A stretch of 64,000 nt of DNA from Perna viridis (lineage: Eukaryota), in contig CM074522.1 in NCBI GenBank assembly GCA_037379345.1, forward strand, positions 4,030,001-4,094,000, in the 5' to 3' direction. The notes under the pieces were generated by a model. It searched no databases. It saw only the letters and a list, made by a program, of their open reading frames with translations, and was not told where the DNA came from. Both the position numbers and the translations under genes were made by a program. Each line of letters begins with the position of its first letter. The stretch's first letter is position 1. Shown piece after piece: positions 40,616 through 53,504 of this stretch.

Positions 40616-41743
40616 GAGTAATGGTCAAAAGGTCAACCAATTTAGTTATAATTTTAGAATCGGATCAGATTCGTAGGCCAAGTACAGCAAATAGTTCCGA
40701 TCCTTGGCAGGACGCCGCTGAAGGATCGACCAAGTTTGCGGTCTGGCTTTTATCTAATTGTTTTTACTGACATTGGGATTTCATAATGTATTGCATTATA
40801 ATATGTTTCAGCCGGACCGAATGATCAAAGTAAATAAATAATTATTTTACGTCCGTCGATTGTTTCTCGTAGTCCATCAATCGTTGTTCGTCTTCAGTAA
40901 GCCTTTCTCATTTTGGTTTGTATTGAAGCAATACATCATGTAGCTGAAAGTTAATGCAGTGAAACTGAAGAACGCCTCTGGTTGAAACATTTTGAAAGAA
41001 AGTATAAAACAAAAACAAACAATAAATCAAATAAAGAAAACAAACAAGGTGTATAGAAGACAAACAAATATAGATATATAAAAAAAACCAAGAAAGAAAA
41101 ACACAAAGACTTGGATAACGGAGTTTTTGTACGATGTCCAGAGTTATTGAAAAATAAGTTTTTTTAATTTTTTTTTTAAAAAGAAAAACCAACGCAAATA
41201 TGTTACTATTTAGTACGCACTGATCTGGAAGTAAAAGAGGACTTTCAGAAAGTGAAGTTTAGAAAGGTGGTTGTAGCCTATCATTTACACTTTTTTCTCC
41301 AAATTGAGCACAAAAATAACAAAAATTTCTAACAAAAACGCAAGTGTCTTCCAGTGCAATTAGTATGCTTAACTCCGAATATTTTGTCGGTCAAGTAAGG
41401 TTCTACATAAAAGTGGAGTGAGGTCGTAAGTTCGTTATATACTTGTTTACCTTTATGAACATCATTACAGATAGTTATATCTTATTTCATGTCAGTTTGT
41501 GTGTCAAAAGAAATTAAATTTAAATACCCCATACCACATATAGAATCAAATTGTTCGGATATGCTCCATCAAACTTCCGCATTAAGATCCTTTTGATATA
41601 GGACGTAATTGGAAATACCCGAACTTTATTTCTCATTCATATATAATTTTGTTGTCCAAGCTGTGATTAGCTTATAATCTTTGTCCATCGGCGAGTGATC
41701 GTGACTTTAGAATCTTTAATGATACATTGGATATATTAGAAAC

Positions 41744-42811
41744 ATGTCGAATAATGAGTCAAAAACAATAGACGAACTAGAAGCTGAACACTTACACCAA
41801 CTTCTGGCACCAACAATTTTTCTTGTGATTCTAATGATCATCGGGATACCCGGAAATTTGACAATTTTAATAATATTTTGGAGGAAGTATACCAAAAGTG
41901 TTTACCGGACTATAGTATGGAACCTTGCTGTGGTGGACCAAATATTTTGTACCGTTGGGATACCGTTCAACATAGCTCGTATCGTTCATTACTACTCATT
42001 CCAAGGAGAGTGGGTCTGTATCCTTGGAGTCGTCATGCTGTATTTTCTATTAGTCTACTCGACCCATCTGTTAATGCTTTTATCGATTCATCGATTCCGT
42101 AAAATATGTTTCCCCACGAGCAAACATATGGATGCAAACAATGTGAAATATGGCATCGTCGCCTGTTTGATTATCGCTGTAGCACTGTCATCGCCGCATT
42201 TCGCATTGCCAAAATACGTAGAAGTTGATCTTGGTGATGGCATGAAGGGTCACAGTTGTGCCATTTCACTTAAAAAACCTTCCATCTACTCAACTGCCGC
42301 TAGTTATACGTTTTTGTCTCTGTTTGTATTCTATACCATTATACTTATTATTATGTATTCGCTGATTGGACGACGATTGTACTTGCAGCGGAAACGCCAA
42401 AGGGAGACAAAAATATTGACGATCGATAAAAACATCTCGAGTAAAATAACGAAAATTGCATTTGCTATCTCTGTTGTGTTTGCGTTGAGCTATATACCGG
42501 TGTTCACACTTCAGATAACGAATAAGTACATTCCACAAGAAAACCTGAATGGATTTTTGTTTTCTCTCCTCAGAATTGGAGAGCGCCTGTATGTCATCAA
42601 CCATGTTGCCAATCCATTTATCTATGGTGCTTTCGACAGTCAGTTTAAGACCCATCTAAAGGAACTTTTATCATTTCCATGTATAAAGAAATATTTCCCT
42701 GAACGAAAACCTTCAAGTAAATCAGTTTGCAGTGATGATGGACGAGATTTGTCCACAAGTGCATCTTTTACGACGTCGGAGAGTAACTTGACATTGGCGA
42801 CAGTGACATAG
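41744..42811 (+). CDS. Intronless class A (rhodopsin-like) GPCR, orphan peptide-receptor-like
   Basis: 355-aa ORF with seven hydrophobic segments and class A motifs: TM1 GN (GIPGN), TM2 NLAVVD, TM3 Cys and HRF in place of DRY followed by ICFP, ECL2 Cys, TM6 FALSYIP, TM7 NHVANPFIY, and a Ser/Thr-rich C-tail. Confidence 0.95.
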   Translation: MSNNESKTIDELEAEHLHQLLAPTIFLVILMIIGIPGNLTILIIFWRKYTKSVYRTIVWNLAVVDQIFCTVGIPFNIARIVHYYSFQGEWVCILGVVMLYFLLVYSTHLLMLLSIHRFRKICFPTSKHMDANNVKYGIVACLIIAVALSSPHFALPKYVEVDLGDGMKGHSCAISLKKPSIYSTAASYTFLSLFVFYTIILIIMYSLIGRRLYLQRKRQRETKILTIDKNISSKITKIAFAISVVFALSYIPVFTLQITNKYIPQENLNGFLFSLLRIGERLYVINHVANPFIYGAFDSQFKTHLKELLSFPCIKKYFPERKPSSKSVCSDDGRDLSTSASFTTSESNLTLATVT

Positions 42812-43153
42812 TGGCAAAAAAACAAACGAAAATAGCAAGCTCAGAATTAAACTTTAGTCTTGATATTTCTGATAAACAAATATAGAACGTGTAGTCTGGT
42901 TCAAGACATGTGCACAATAAGCTTTTGTAAACATTACATTTTGTACATTCATGTACTTGTAGTTGTGTGTGCTATTGTGCAATCGTATCAGGACAGAGAA
43001 TGTAGGGGTAAAAAGTCCCTGATTGGGATCGGGAAAACTTTAAGATAAGTAAATGTACACAATAAATACCCCGTAATGTTCTACATATATTGCATGATGG
43101 GAGCTGTGTCGAGGCTGTTACAGAAATGGATGAAACCACAGTACAACAACAAC

Positions 43154-43154
<1 letters not shown>

Positions 43155-43184
<30 letters not shown>
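43155..43184. repeat. (TAA)n microsatellite
   Basis: Direct inspection. Confidence 0.9.
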
Positions 43185-43187
<3 letters not shown>

Positions 43188-43269
43188 CAAGAAAACAAAC
43201 AAAATATACGTTAAATAAAATATTTAGTATGTATGTATACATGGTGTAGTGTTTTAAGTTACAGATGTA

Positions 43270-43487
43270 ATTGTGCATGTACAATTAAAGGCTTATTCTA
43301 CTGCAGTTATATTTTACTTATTTAAGGAAATGTTACGGAATTCTGAATTATGATACTAGTAACTTCCTGATTAGAAATTAAAATAATTGTGCATATGTAT
43401 ATAAATGAAAGCTTATTCTACGGGAGTTTCATTTCGCCTATTTAAAAAATGTTACGGAATTTTGAATTATGATACTAACTTCCTGAT
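43270..43487. repeat. ~105-115-bp direct tandem duplication
   Basis: AATTGTGCAT...GCTTATTCTAC...AATGTTACGGAATT...TTATGATACTA...AACTTCCTGAT occurs twice. Confidence 0.8.
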
Positions 43488-44249
43488 GATGATGGTATGT
43501 TGCTATTTATATTCGAATATCTCACAGTCACTCTAAATTGTATTCATGGAAAGGGATTTTTTTACGAAGTGCAAAATTGAAAATTTTGCAATTAAATTTC
43601 CATGTAGCCTTGGCCCTACTACTACAAATAAGTGTTATTGTATTAATCTCGCACTGCATTTAAGAGAGTACCCACTAATTCACCTTTCGTAATTTGTCTG
43701 TTACTTATTGAAAGGTTTTCATTACCAGTCCATATAATAATCAGACACTGTAGAGGCGATCAAACGATTCTCTTTATGTCTACGTATGCTATAATTTAAT
43801 GTCACGACAGTCCTTTTTGTATTCAAATCTGTATTTTTGAGAAAACCATCCGTTCCCACTAAAGTCACCCAGAACAGACAAAAGCGAGAACATCAAATGT
43901 TTCACAGCGCCGATTTTTATTATTTATCTCGAAAGTGCAAGAACAGAGTGACAAGCTAAAACAGGTTATGTTGTCTGTAAATGTTGTTTCTGAATTAAAA
44001 GTATCATTGTTTTTTTAATGTGTATTATCACTTTCTCCTGCCTGTTTTTTTATATAGATTGCTACTTAATAAGTCGGCTCAATACCGTCTATTTAAACAT
44101 CAGGTCTTTCTGACATTGCACTTACTTGTAAATTATACTTTTCCAATGCAGTGATTTTAATACCAAAATAAGAGAGTGTTTACTCTCAGCTCTACATTAC
44201 ATGAATATGTAAAGTAAGTTGGATGTATATTCCTGTACATAGTGATATA

Positions 44250-44547
44250 CAGTTAATCCTGTCTAAACTGAGCACTAAATAATCCGAAAACTTGTCAGAA
44301 CCAGACAATATTTACATTGTTAAATCCATTTATACCAGTTTAAATGTATTTTGAACCTTGGTAAACCGAACACCTGTCTAAACCAAACATCTGTATACAC
44401 CAAACACCTGTCTTCATCAAACATCTGTCTATACCAAACACCTGTCTAAACCGACACCTGTCTACACCAAACACATGTCTACACCAAACGCCTATCTACA
44501 CCAAACAAAAAGTCCAAAATGGGTTCTTTTTAAGACAGGTTTTACTG
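44250..44547. mobile_element. Same CAGT MITE family, with expanded ~19-bp internal tandem array
   Basis: TACAGTTAATCCTGTCTAAA ... AGACAGGTTTTACTG; about 7 copies of CACCTGTCTACACCAAACA at 44370-44510. Confidence 0.7.
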
Positions 44548-45134
44548 AAGTATTATTAACTTAGTATATGAGTCATTTTTATCGTAGTCAGAATCTTGAT
44601 GCAATCGACAATGACTTCTTTTATTCATTCTATACATGTACAAGCGGATTGTTGTGATTTTAAGAAAATTAACTTCCTGTATCATTTCATTATATCAAGT
44701 ACATGTTTGTACCAGCATACTTAAAAAAAGAACGCGTCGTATTACGTACATGTAATGATGAATGCATCCTCTATTTTACATTAAATTGTGCAAATAAAAT
44801 ATTTTTATTGTCAAAAGGCCATTACATTTACTTTTTACTTTAAAGACACAAAATCTACGAGAAACAACATTAAAAAACACTAAAGGGGGATGTGTCTCTT
44901 CAGGATTTTTGACCTCCTCTACTAGTTGACATTTTTGGGGAGCCAATTTTTGCGTATTTAGTATTTTTTTTCATGCATGCCCATGTATTAGTAATATTTA
45001 AAAAAAAAACCAATCAGATGGTAGCTTGTCAATCTACTTTGCGATGAAATTTTGCAAAAAGTTCAGTAATGCAAAGATGGAGATGTGTCAATAATACGAA
45101 CCAATGTTCCGACTTAACACTGTAATAGCATTGA

Positions 45135-45395
45135 CAGGGGCGGATTTAGGCAGGGGCGTGGCGGGAGTGCGCCCCACTAAAATTTGGAAAGTATGGATTG
45201 TCAGGGGTAGAATTAGGCGGTTTTTAGGTTGAAACTTTAATTTCTCTCTAATTTTACCGCAAAAGATATCTACATTGCACCCGCTCTAGAAGAATATTTC
45301 AAAAACTTAACATCAAAAACTTTTCGCCTCGCTCTGCTAGGCGAAATTTTAACTGTGCCCCCCCCCCCCAATCTAAAATCCTGGACCCGCCCCTG
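45135..45395. mobile_element. GC-rich MITE with CAGGGGCGG termini
   Basis: CAGGGGCGGATTTAGG ... CCTGGACCCGCCCCTG; no clear TSD seen. Confidence 0.65.
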
Positions 45396-48334
45396 ATTAA
45401 ACACATTTTTTACAAATGTTTCTAGTCAGATTAGACAATTCGTCAACATTTCACTCCTTGTTCTTGTCCTTGTTCACTATCCGGTGTCGATTAATTCTTG
45501 GTCCGGCCGGATACAGAATGTCAACATTTTGGGTCCGCCTTGGTTTGAATTGACATCTATTTATTTATTAATTTTATTTATTCATTTATTCTGTGTAAAA
45601 ATATATATGTAATAATTTGTGTTACCACATTCTTAGTACATTTAAGGGAATATCCAAAATACGTCGTCATTATGACATCTATCAAAAGTGATGAAAACCT
45701 TACAATACCATTATTATAAGACAGTCACGTAGTTATAAATCCTACATTTTATTTCTAATACTATCTTTCGAAGTTTTTTTTCCCATGTTAACTAAATAAA
45801 TTTAATTGTGTCTTGCCTGGCTCTTTAGATCAAAAAGTGATTGATATATGCACATGTGTTACAGAAAGATTCCCTATAAGAAAATTTAATCAACCGAACA
45901 GACTTTTCTTTCACAATACATTGTATGCCCGATGCGCTGCAACAGGATTGTTTAAAGTGTTTTTGTTTATGTTTTTGTGTTACAGTGTAGCTGGCAGCAG
46001 CAACAGTCATTGGAAGCATTTTTCGCCATTTAACTAACACACATCATTCCTCTTAAACCAGGTACTTGATAGCAATCGTCACTTCTTTTCCTTGTCGCAC
46101 GCTTCGAGGAATAAAATCGTGTCAACCAATTTCGAAGTCTTTGGTACGACGGTCGAATTGTACATCGAAGCAGCGACCTCTATTATACCGTGTAACTTTT
46201 CTATACGCAAATTAGACAGTATCTGACTAACCTCAAGAACGTGCGGCATTTCAAAAACATTAATTATCTTTATCACGCGTAAAATAGTCATTGAGAATCA
46301 TGGAGGATAAGGAACTAGTTATAACGAAAGTTTCAATTTGGCCCCATTTCGAATTTTAAGCAAAGGCAACACCAAAATTTTAGAATAAGGAACTAAGTGC
46401 AGTTTTTGTGTCAATCGTATGAAACAAGGTAACAATATGGACAGTGCGTAATGACATTGAAACGCACCATTTTATTGAGATCTGAAAAAAGAGTCTTTAT
46501 CTATTTATTCATATTTATTATCAAATTTAAAAAGCAATGTATTGTTAGTGCATTTATCAAGATCTTGTGCTATAAATACGTTGATGATTTTCCTATCACT
46601 TCTCTTGTAATCACATGCGTACACATCAGTACAAAAGGCACCAAATATTGGTTACCAATTTTCGGTTTTCAGGCCGCCTTATATACCCACTTGTGCAATT
46701 GATAATCCGTTCCTTATTTCGTTTCCGCTTAAGAGATCGTGACCTTTTAAACCACTCTTAACCTTGCTTTGTTGGACATAACGTATTTTTGAAGAAGTAA
46801 CTATTTATAGAAGTGTACTTTTATTTCGATCCATCTTTAAATATGTCCGAATTAGAAAGAAAATGTGTGCTTTTACTATTATTGATCATCAGAGGAGAAT
46901 GACACCGAAAGGTAAGAGGAGAGAATCCTGTAACCCAGACAAGACAAACCAACTGGCCTAAATATGCACAGGGTAATCCGTTTTAAAATCTTTTTTTCTC
47001 AAACACAAGTTTATCAGCCAAAGTCAATATAACTATAGGTTAAAAGCGTTCACACTAGTCATGATCACAACGTTGTGAAACGGCTAATGTAATCGTACAT
47101 AGGAATAATAATTAAGTAAAAAGTAGCCACATTGAAAAGGTGAAAATGGAACATAACACACACAAATACAAACAAATAAGTGTTTACGATGACAGGAAGG
47201 CAAAAGTTTCGGCCCCTTCGGCACCGACCATTTTTATCATGAGGGGTAGAGGTTGGAGGCTGGGATTTGATGTCGGATAAAAGATATTTTTTATTGGAAA
47301 ATCTGCCTTGTCTACTAAATTTTGAACAATTCTTTCTTTTTTCTCCAAAAGATCCCCCTCGCCAATAAAATGTTGAGTGCCTAAATTACTCATCGATCGG
47401 TAACTTGGAGATTGACCGTTAAAAAATTGTAGTTCTTTGAATTCTTTTAAGATACCTAGATATCTAGTGCTAATCAAGAACTAATATATAAAAACTTAAA
47501 ACTTTGTGAGAAAAAAAACCTTATTTAACTGGAAAATAGGATAATTTTACAATCGACAAAAAAGTCATCTACACAGAAATTACAGGGGTTTTATAGTTGT
47601 CCCGATTTGAGTTGATATGTCTGATTCCGGTGTATACTTATTTCCCTAGGAATGTTGTGTCATTACCCTAAAAAAATGACACGTTTTGTGGAAACACGTG
47701 AACCGATATGTTTACTGTTAGAGCAGCGATTATATCCCAAAGGGAAAAATCATTAATCTCACCTGCATATAGTGACCGAATTCTACTTCATGAAATGGCT
47801 ACATTCATTTATATGGTTTTAAGTATGATTCTTCCTAAAACCCAGGCAGTTAGGGGAGGGATTCATCATATCTTAAATAATCAATGAAATTGTATAGAAA
47901 CTTAATAAGGTCCTAAAAACAACACTTTCTATGTTCATTTCCTTGGATCTGCTACTTATCGTGAAATAATTTTAACTAGTTGCAGTGTAAAAATTCTTGC
48001 GGGAAGTTTTCCTGTATTTTTTCTGTAGTAGAACATAACCAGACTTAAAAATTTTATTACAATGTACCTCCGGTGGACTACTTTTATTTACACGTATATT
48101 TTCTAATACAGTTTGTATGGGGCCGATGAAAGGATTTGTAATAAAAATATTTAGGATTAAGAAATGCATAAATCACCCTTTATAGGCCTCTACATGGTTT
48201 TTAGGCAGAGCTGTACTTAAAAGAGGAAAAGGGAATCTTCTGTTGTTTGTATTGTACTTACTGTCGATACTTTGTGTGTTTACAATTTTATCATTATTGA
48301 TACCATGTATGTAAATATGTGACGTATGATAATA

Positions 48335-48516
48335 CAGTAAAACCTGTCTAAATTAAACCTTGAATTATCAGAACCTGTCTTAACCAGATACTTTTGAAAG
48401 TCAATGTATATCAATAAAAATGTATTGTGAACCTTAATTAACCGAACATCTATCCTAACTAAATACGTTCTACAATCCAAAACAGTTTACGGGTTCGATT
48501 TAGACAGACTTCAGTG
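48335..48516. mobile_element. TA-flanked CAGT...ACTG MITE (Tc1/mariner-pogo-like); relatives at about 12947-13112, 27190-27375, 56585-56739
   Basis: TACAGTAAAACCTGTCTAAA ... TTTAGACAGACTTCAGTGTA with internal ACCTGTCTAAACC subrepeats. Confidence 0.7.
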
Positions 48517-48784
48517 TATTTTGCTAACGTCACTGACATTCCTTAAGGAATATCAGACATTTACACTTTAACAAACAAAATCAGTATACCGTTGATTGAT
48601 TCAGAAAAAAAAGTGAGATGCTGATTGGCCTGTAAAAGTGTGGACTTCACTGAATTCAAGTTTTTTTTTCATATTATCAACCGAACCTTTCGAGGATAAG
48701 GTGTGGGTGGACCTCCGTCATATAGTATCTACATGTATCTATGGTATGTAACTAAAGTTAGATGTACATGTACGACCTGAAATG

Positions 48785-49925
48785 CCTCCATGGTACCGTT
48801 CGAAGTATACATTCTTTTGATTACCGCTATAACCTTGGTTCCCTTGATTACTCTTTGCCATAAATAACTCCATGGTACTGTTAGAACTTTGCCATAAATA
48901 ACTCCATGGTACCGTTATACGGTTGTCAGAGTAATCAAGGGAACCATGGTTATAGCGGTAATCAAAAGAATGTAATCCAGGGACAAAGACCAGACATGGA
49001 AAACAGACATACACAACAAAGAACATAAAGTAACTAAAATCATACATACAAAGTAACAAAACCAAATGAGAAACTCGGACTCCACTAAAAACTGGGAGCA
49101 TGGACCAGGTGCACCGGTAGGGTAAGCGTCCTCTGATTTTCTAGGAACACCCGCCGAGTTGCTCATAAAAAGTCATGTCCGGGGTAGACAAACGAGGAAA
49201 GGAAAACTATGACCCGTTGAATACATCAGTTTTCATGGTGCTGATGGATACACTATAACGATCCACGAGTTCATGATGACGACCATAAAACTTCTGTTAT
49301 GAAAAATACTGTCGGTAGGTTGCCATAAAAAATATCCATGGTAGTGTTAGAAGGTTTCCAAAAATCCATGGTACCGTTAGAAGGTTGCCATGATTACATT
49401 TTTTGTACCGCCATGGTACCGTTAGAATGTTGCCATAAATTGCTTTATAGTACAGTTTGAAAATTGCCAGAAATACCTTCACGGTACCGTTAGAGGGTTG
49501 CCAAAAACATCCATGGTACCATTAAATGTTTGCCATAAATACTTCCATGGTAAGTTAAAAGATTACTAGAAAAAGAAACATTTATGGTACCGTTAAAAGG
49601 TTGCCAAAAGTGTCTCCATGGTACCGTTAGACGCTTGCCAGAAAAGAAAAAAACATCCATGGTCCCCTTAGACGGTTGCCATAAATACCTCCATGGTTGC
49701 GTTAGTTGGTTGCCATAAATACCTCAATGGTTGCACAAGAAGGTTGCCATAAATACCTCCATGGTTGCGTTAGAAGGTTGTCATAAATACCTCAATGGTT
49801 GCGTTAGAAGGTTGCCTTGAATACCTCCATGGTACTATACGAAGATAGCCTAAAAAACCTCTATAGTAATGATACCATTAGAAGGTTGCCAGAAAAAACC
49901 TCCATGATACCGTTAGAAGATAGCC
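48785..49925. repeat. ~33-35-bp minisatellite interrupted by a Naiad insertion
   Basis: Consensus about CCATAAATACCTCCATGGTACCGTTAGAAGGTTG. Confidence 0.85.
48928..49296 (-). mobile_element. Naiad-type 3' fragment inserted in a minisatellite, with an inverted short tail at 48811-48858
   Basis: Near-consensus family 3' sequence; its last ~45 bp are repeated in opposite orientation about 70 bp away. Confidence 0.85.
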
Positions 49926-50689
49926 AGTCTTTATCTCATACTTGAAGAAATTTAACTGAATTCTCTCTTGTTTAAAAGCATATAAAATTTATAAAATTCC
50001 TTTAAAATGCTATGAAATCTTTATGAAATAAGGACAAACATTAAAAAAACACAGAACAAAAAATATACCAAAAGTATATCAGTTCAAAGAATATGATTAA
50101 GTGACCTTTAATATGGAGGTTCGTAAAATTGAGTAATTATTGAAAATAAATTGATTTTAATGCTAAGGTAACAAATTATAAAAAAAAGAAATAGTAAAAT
50201 AATAAATCATACTTCAGTGTCTGAATTCATCTCCTATGAAAAATCAAATGTTTCAAATTAAAAAAAAAGAAAGTAATTTTGTCATATCAAAAAATAATTT
50301 ATTTTTGCGGAAGCAGAAGACCTTGAAATGAAGACGAGCCAATGTTAAGACGGAACTGATTGTATTTATGTCAATTCAGAATACTTTCGGGATATAAAAC
50401 ACCCAGGATGACTTTGATAATTTGATACTTAATGATGGAATCGATGACATTTTACCTATGATATATGCTAGTACCAGGAGATACTACATGCGGGATTATC
50501 TTTCTTTCGCCAGGAAATAAGTATTATTTATTCTAATGTCTAAAAAAATAATTATATGATGTAGATTAATACACGACCTGTTTGATATTGCCCTTGTTAT
50601 CAGCCCGAGATCTTGATATCAGCTCCGAGTGCTGATAACATACAGGAAGCCACGGTTTATTACATATGCAAAAGTAGTTAAGGGAATTC

Positions 50690-50815
50690 AAGTGGAAATA
50701 TCAAAAGAATGTAATCCAGGGACTAAAATCAGACATCAGACACACGCATCAAAGCAACTCGGACTCCACTAAAAATGAAAGCATGGACAAGGTGCACCAG
50801 TAGGATAAGCGTCCT
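50690..50815 (-). mobile_element. Naiad-type 3' fragment, internally deleted
   Basis: AAAAGAATGTAATCCAGGG...GCAACTCGGACTCCACTAAAA...GGTGCACC. Confidence 0.7.
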
Positions 50816-52039
50816 AAAACGATGTCATTTCAATGAAATATGTGATAATTCACTTGTCCTTTACGTGACTGTGACATTTTCTATGTGTATAAGTAAAACT
50901 TTTCTTGGATATACATCAGTGGCGGCTCCATCATTTTTGGAAAGTTCAGTTCATTTTGTACAATATTTGGTAAAAGAAGAGCAAATTTTAGTCTAGACCC
51001 TCCTTCCGTTTGGCTCGAAACACTCCTGCTTTTCATAAAGTTCTCCCCTGTACATGTTCAATTCATTATGATACTTATCATTCTGTACATTTGTATTTAT
51101 ATTTATGTAATATGTAAGAGGCAAACGGATACCTGTGTTCATCGAACAAAAATGGTATACGCTTTTTAAGTAATGCGATTTATAAAAAGAAATAAACTTT
51201 TGTTTCAATGAGGACCTTTGGCATTATACATGAAGGTCACGATACAACGGCAATCAAAGGTACACTCGATTCCAGATACATCAGTTTTGTCTCAAAGTCA
51301 AGGTCCAGTGCATAGATTTAAATGGAATGTCAAGGGTTTAAACAATCAATATAGCACCAAAATGTAAATTTTCGCAACAGGTCACTAGGTCATTTTCGGA
51401 AAAATACGTACTTTCCTGTCAGGCTTTGACCATTCGTGTAATAAATCGACTGAGTTATGACACTGTGCTGCACTGGTGGCGAAACAAGCAGCAATGACGC
51501 TGAACTTCCTGTCGATGTCAAGGCCCCCACGCAGGATACAAGACTTTGTACTCCTCCACTAGGAAGCACCGAGTCAATTGTACATACAGCATGATTTAAA
51601 TTATTACCTTTATTATTAATATTCAAATGCCAACGACCCCCAGTGGTATATATTTTTTCATTAAGCATGATACATTGTTCATTAAAACGGCGAAAGACAG
51701 ACGAATCCTTAATAAATCTTGAATGTTCCTCTTCCTCGATCAGACGGAACCAGACGTTTCCTTATAGTGCCGACGGTCACGTAAAGTAATGTGAAATACA
51801 TAGGAAATAATTACGGAAAATTGTATGCCACGTCGTACTGACTAAGGATAACAGAATCCCTCTTATCCTCATGGTTATGACACTTTTTGAAAAGCAGGTG
51901 GACATTTGACGGTTGTGAGTAAATATATCTTTGTTGTCTCTATTAATCATCGAAATAATTTGTGAAAATGAACTATCATGACTAATCTTTGAGTTACTTT
52001 TGAGTTTTTCTCCTCTCTTTTAGGAGAATATGCCATTTT

Positions 52040-52330
52040 CATATCTATTTGTCTCTTTCCATTGCTACTTCGCTTGGTTCAGCCCATGAATAACGCTAAT
52101 AATATTTTCTTTCTCCTTCTCCTCTATCATAACTTGCTTCGTCCTATTTTTCCTTCCCATCTGGTGTCCATATGATTTGATATGCCCGGTATTTACCATT
52201 CTTGGGTCATGTCCTAGCCGTTTCATTCTTCTTTTGATGTCAATATTAATTCTTTCAAATCCTGTTCTTATCCTCACTTTCTCATCTTTAATTTTCTGTG
52301 GCTTGTAGATTTGTTGAAACATTATCCTCT
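52040..52330 (-). mobile_element. RTE-like LINE C-terminal relic
   Basis: EKVRIRTG...IDIKRRMKRLGHDPRM resembles the RTE-clade motif I..RRLRW.GHV.RM. Confidence 0.5.
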
Positions 52331-53504
52331 AGGGACTCTTGTGGCGAAATGTATTCACCATGTTTTCATAATTTTGTTTAGTCCTTTTGCACGTTTCGCT
52401 TTCGTTTAGAAGGACGGATTTTGCTTTAGAGTTGAAAAAGCGGAAATAAATCCTCTTTTTATTTGGTGTTATTTCAAGTAGATACAAAAAAGGAATTTCA
52501 GCTGATCGAAAATATTATCTACTGAATGTTATGATAGGCATCAATACAATACCCCACGTATACACCTCTGTCATTATCAGACCCAAGGCTTATAAGCTAT
52601 CGGAGTGATATATAATAACACCGGAAGTAGTCATAAGATTTGCGGAGGAGATTGGCTCATTTCTCTGTACTGTACTTTTATAAAGAGACGGGTTATAGCA
52701 CTGGGAATAAACGAGGTGCAAAAGCTCAATAACGGGTGCCATTGCAGCACGTGTTTGCCCTGTCGGGGAGCATGATGTTACTCCTGGAATTTTATGGGAG
52801 TTCATACTGCAAGTGCTTTCGTGTTCGACTTATTTATCTTAACTTCAATTCTCATGTGTAATTGTACTTTATTTATTCTGTTATCTATATTCAATATGTC
52901 CATATAGATCGTCTCTGCTTTGGCTATATGCTTGGATATTGATGTCTCTGATCTGTTTATCTTGTTTGAGTTTGATAGGGATATAGAAGCTTTGAAACGC
53001 AAATGACCGTGGAAGAGATTATAAACGTTAGAATTTTTCCTTAAGAATACCGTTGTTTTATCAATACATTTCTAATCCAAATTTTCTCCATCAGTAATTT
53101 ATTGTTTTTCAACAAAGAAAAGTGGAACTTATGTTTGGTTTTTTGGTTATAAATGTTTTGGCTGCTTCAATCCGTGTAAGATGTAATTAAACTTTTTCAA
53201 CGTTGAGATTTAATACAATGTAAGTACATTTGATTTGACCGGAAGAGTTCATTTAAGTATGGTTAATATTATTACAAAAGCTTAATCTTAATAATTTTAA
53301 TCGTCTTTTGACCAAGTTAAAATGTCATGTTTTGGCCCAAAACCAAAATTTCAATGACCATTCATTGGTGTTTGATTTAATTTTAGATACTCTGGATGTT
53401 TTAATATGAAAACGAAAACTGATCAATTATTAGTTGTTATATAGAGATACAAGTCAGAGTAGTACTTGATTTTTTGTTGTTGTGAAATTGGTACTTTATG
53501 AATA

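Noticed and set aside
41878-42825. Overlapping ORFs 41878-42102, 42290-42655, 42640-42825
   Set aside because: Alternative-frame or antisense shadows of the GPCR CDS.
46079-46291. GC-richer stretch with a 70-aa ORF as a possible exon
   Set aside because: No recognisable domain or convincing splice signals in the frames checked.
49300-49925. CRISPR-like array
   Set aside because: Contiguous degenerate tandem units without unique spacers, in eukaryotic DNA with no cas genes.
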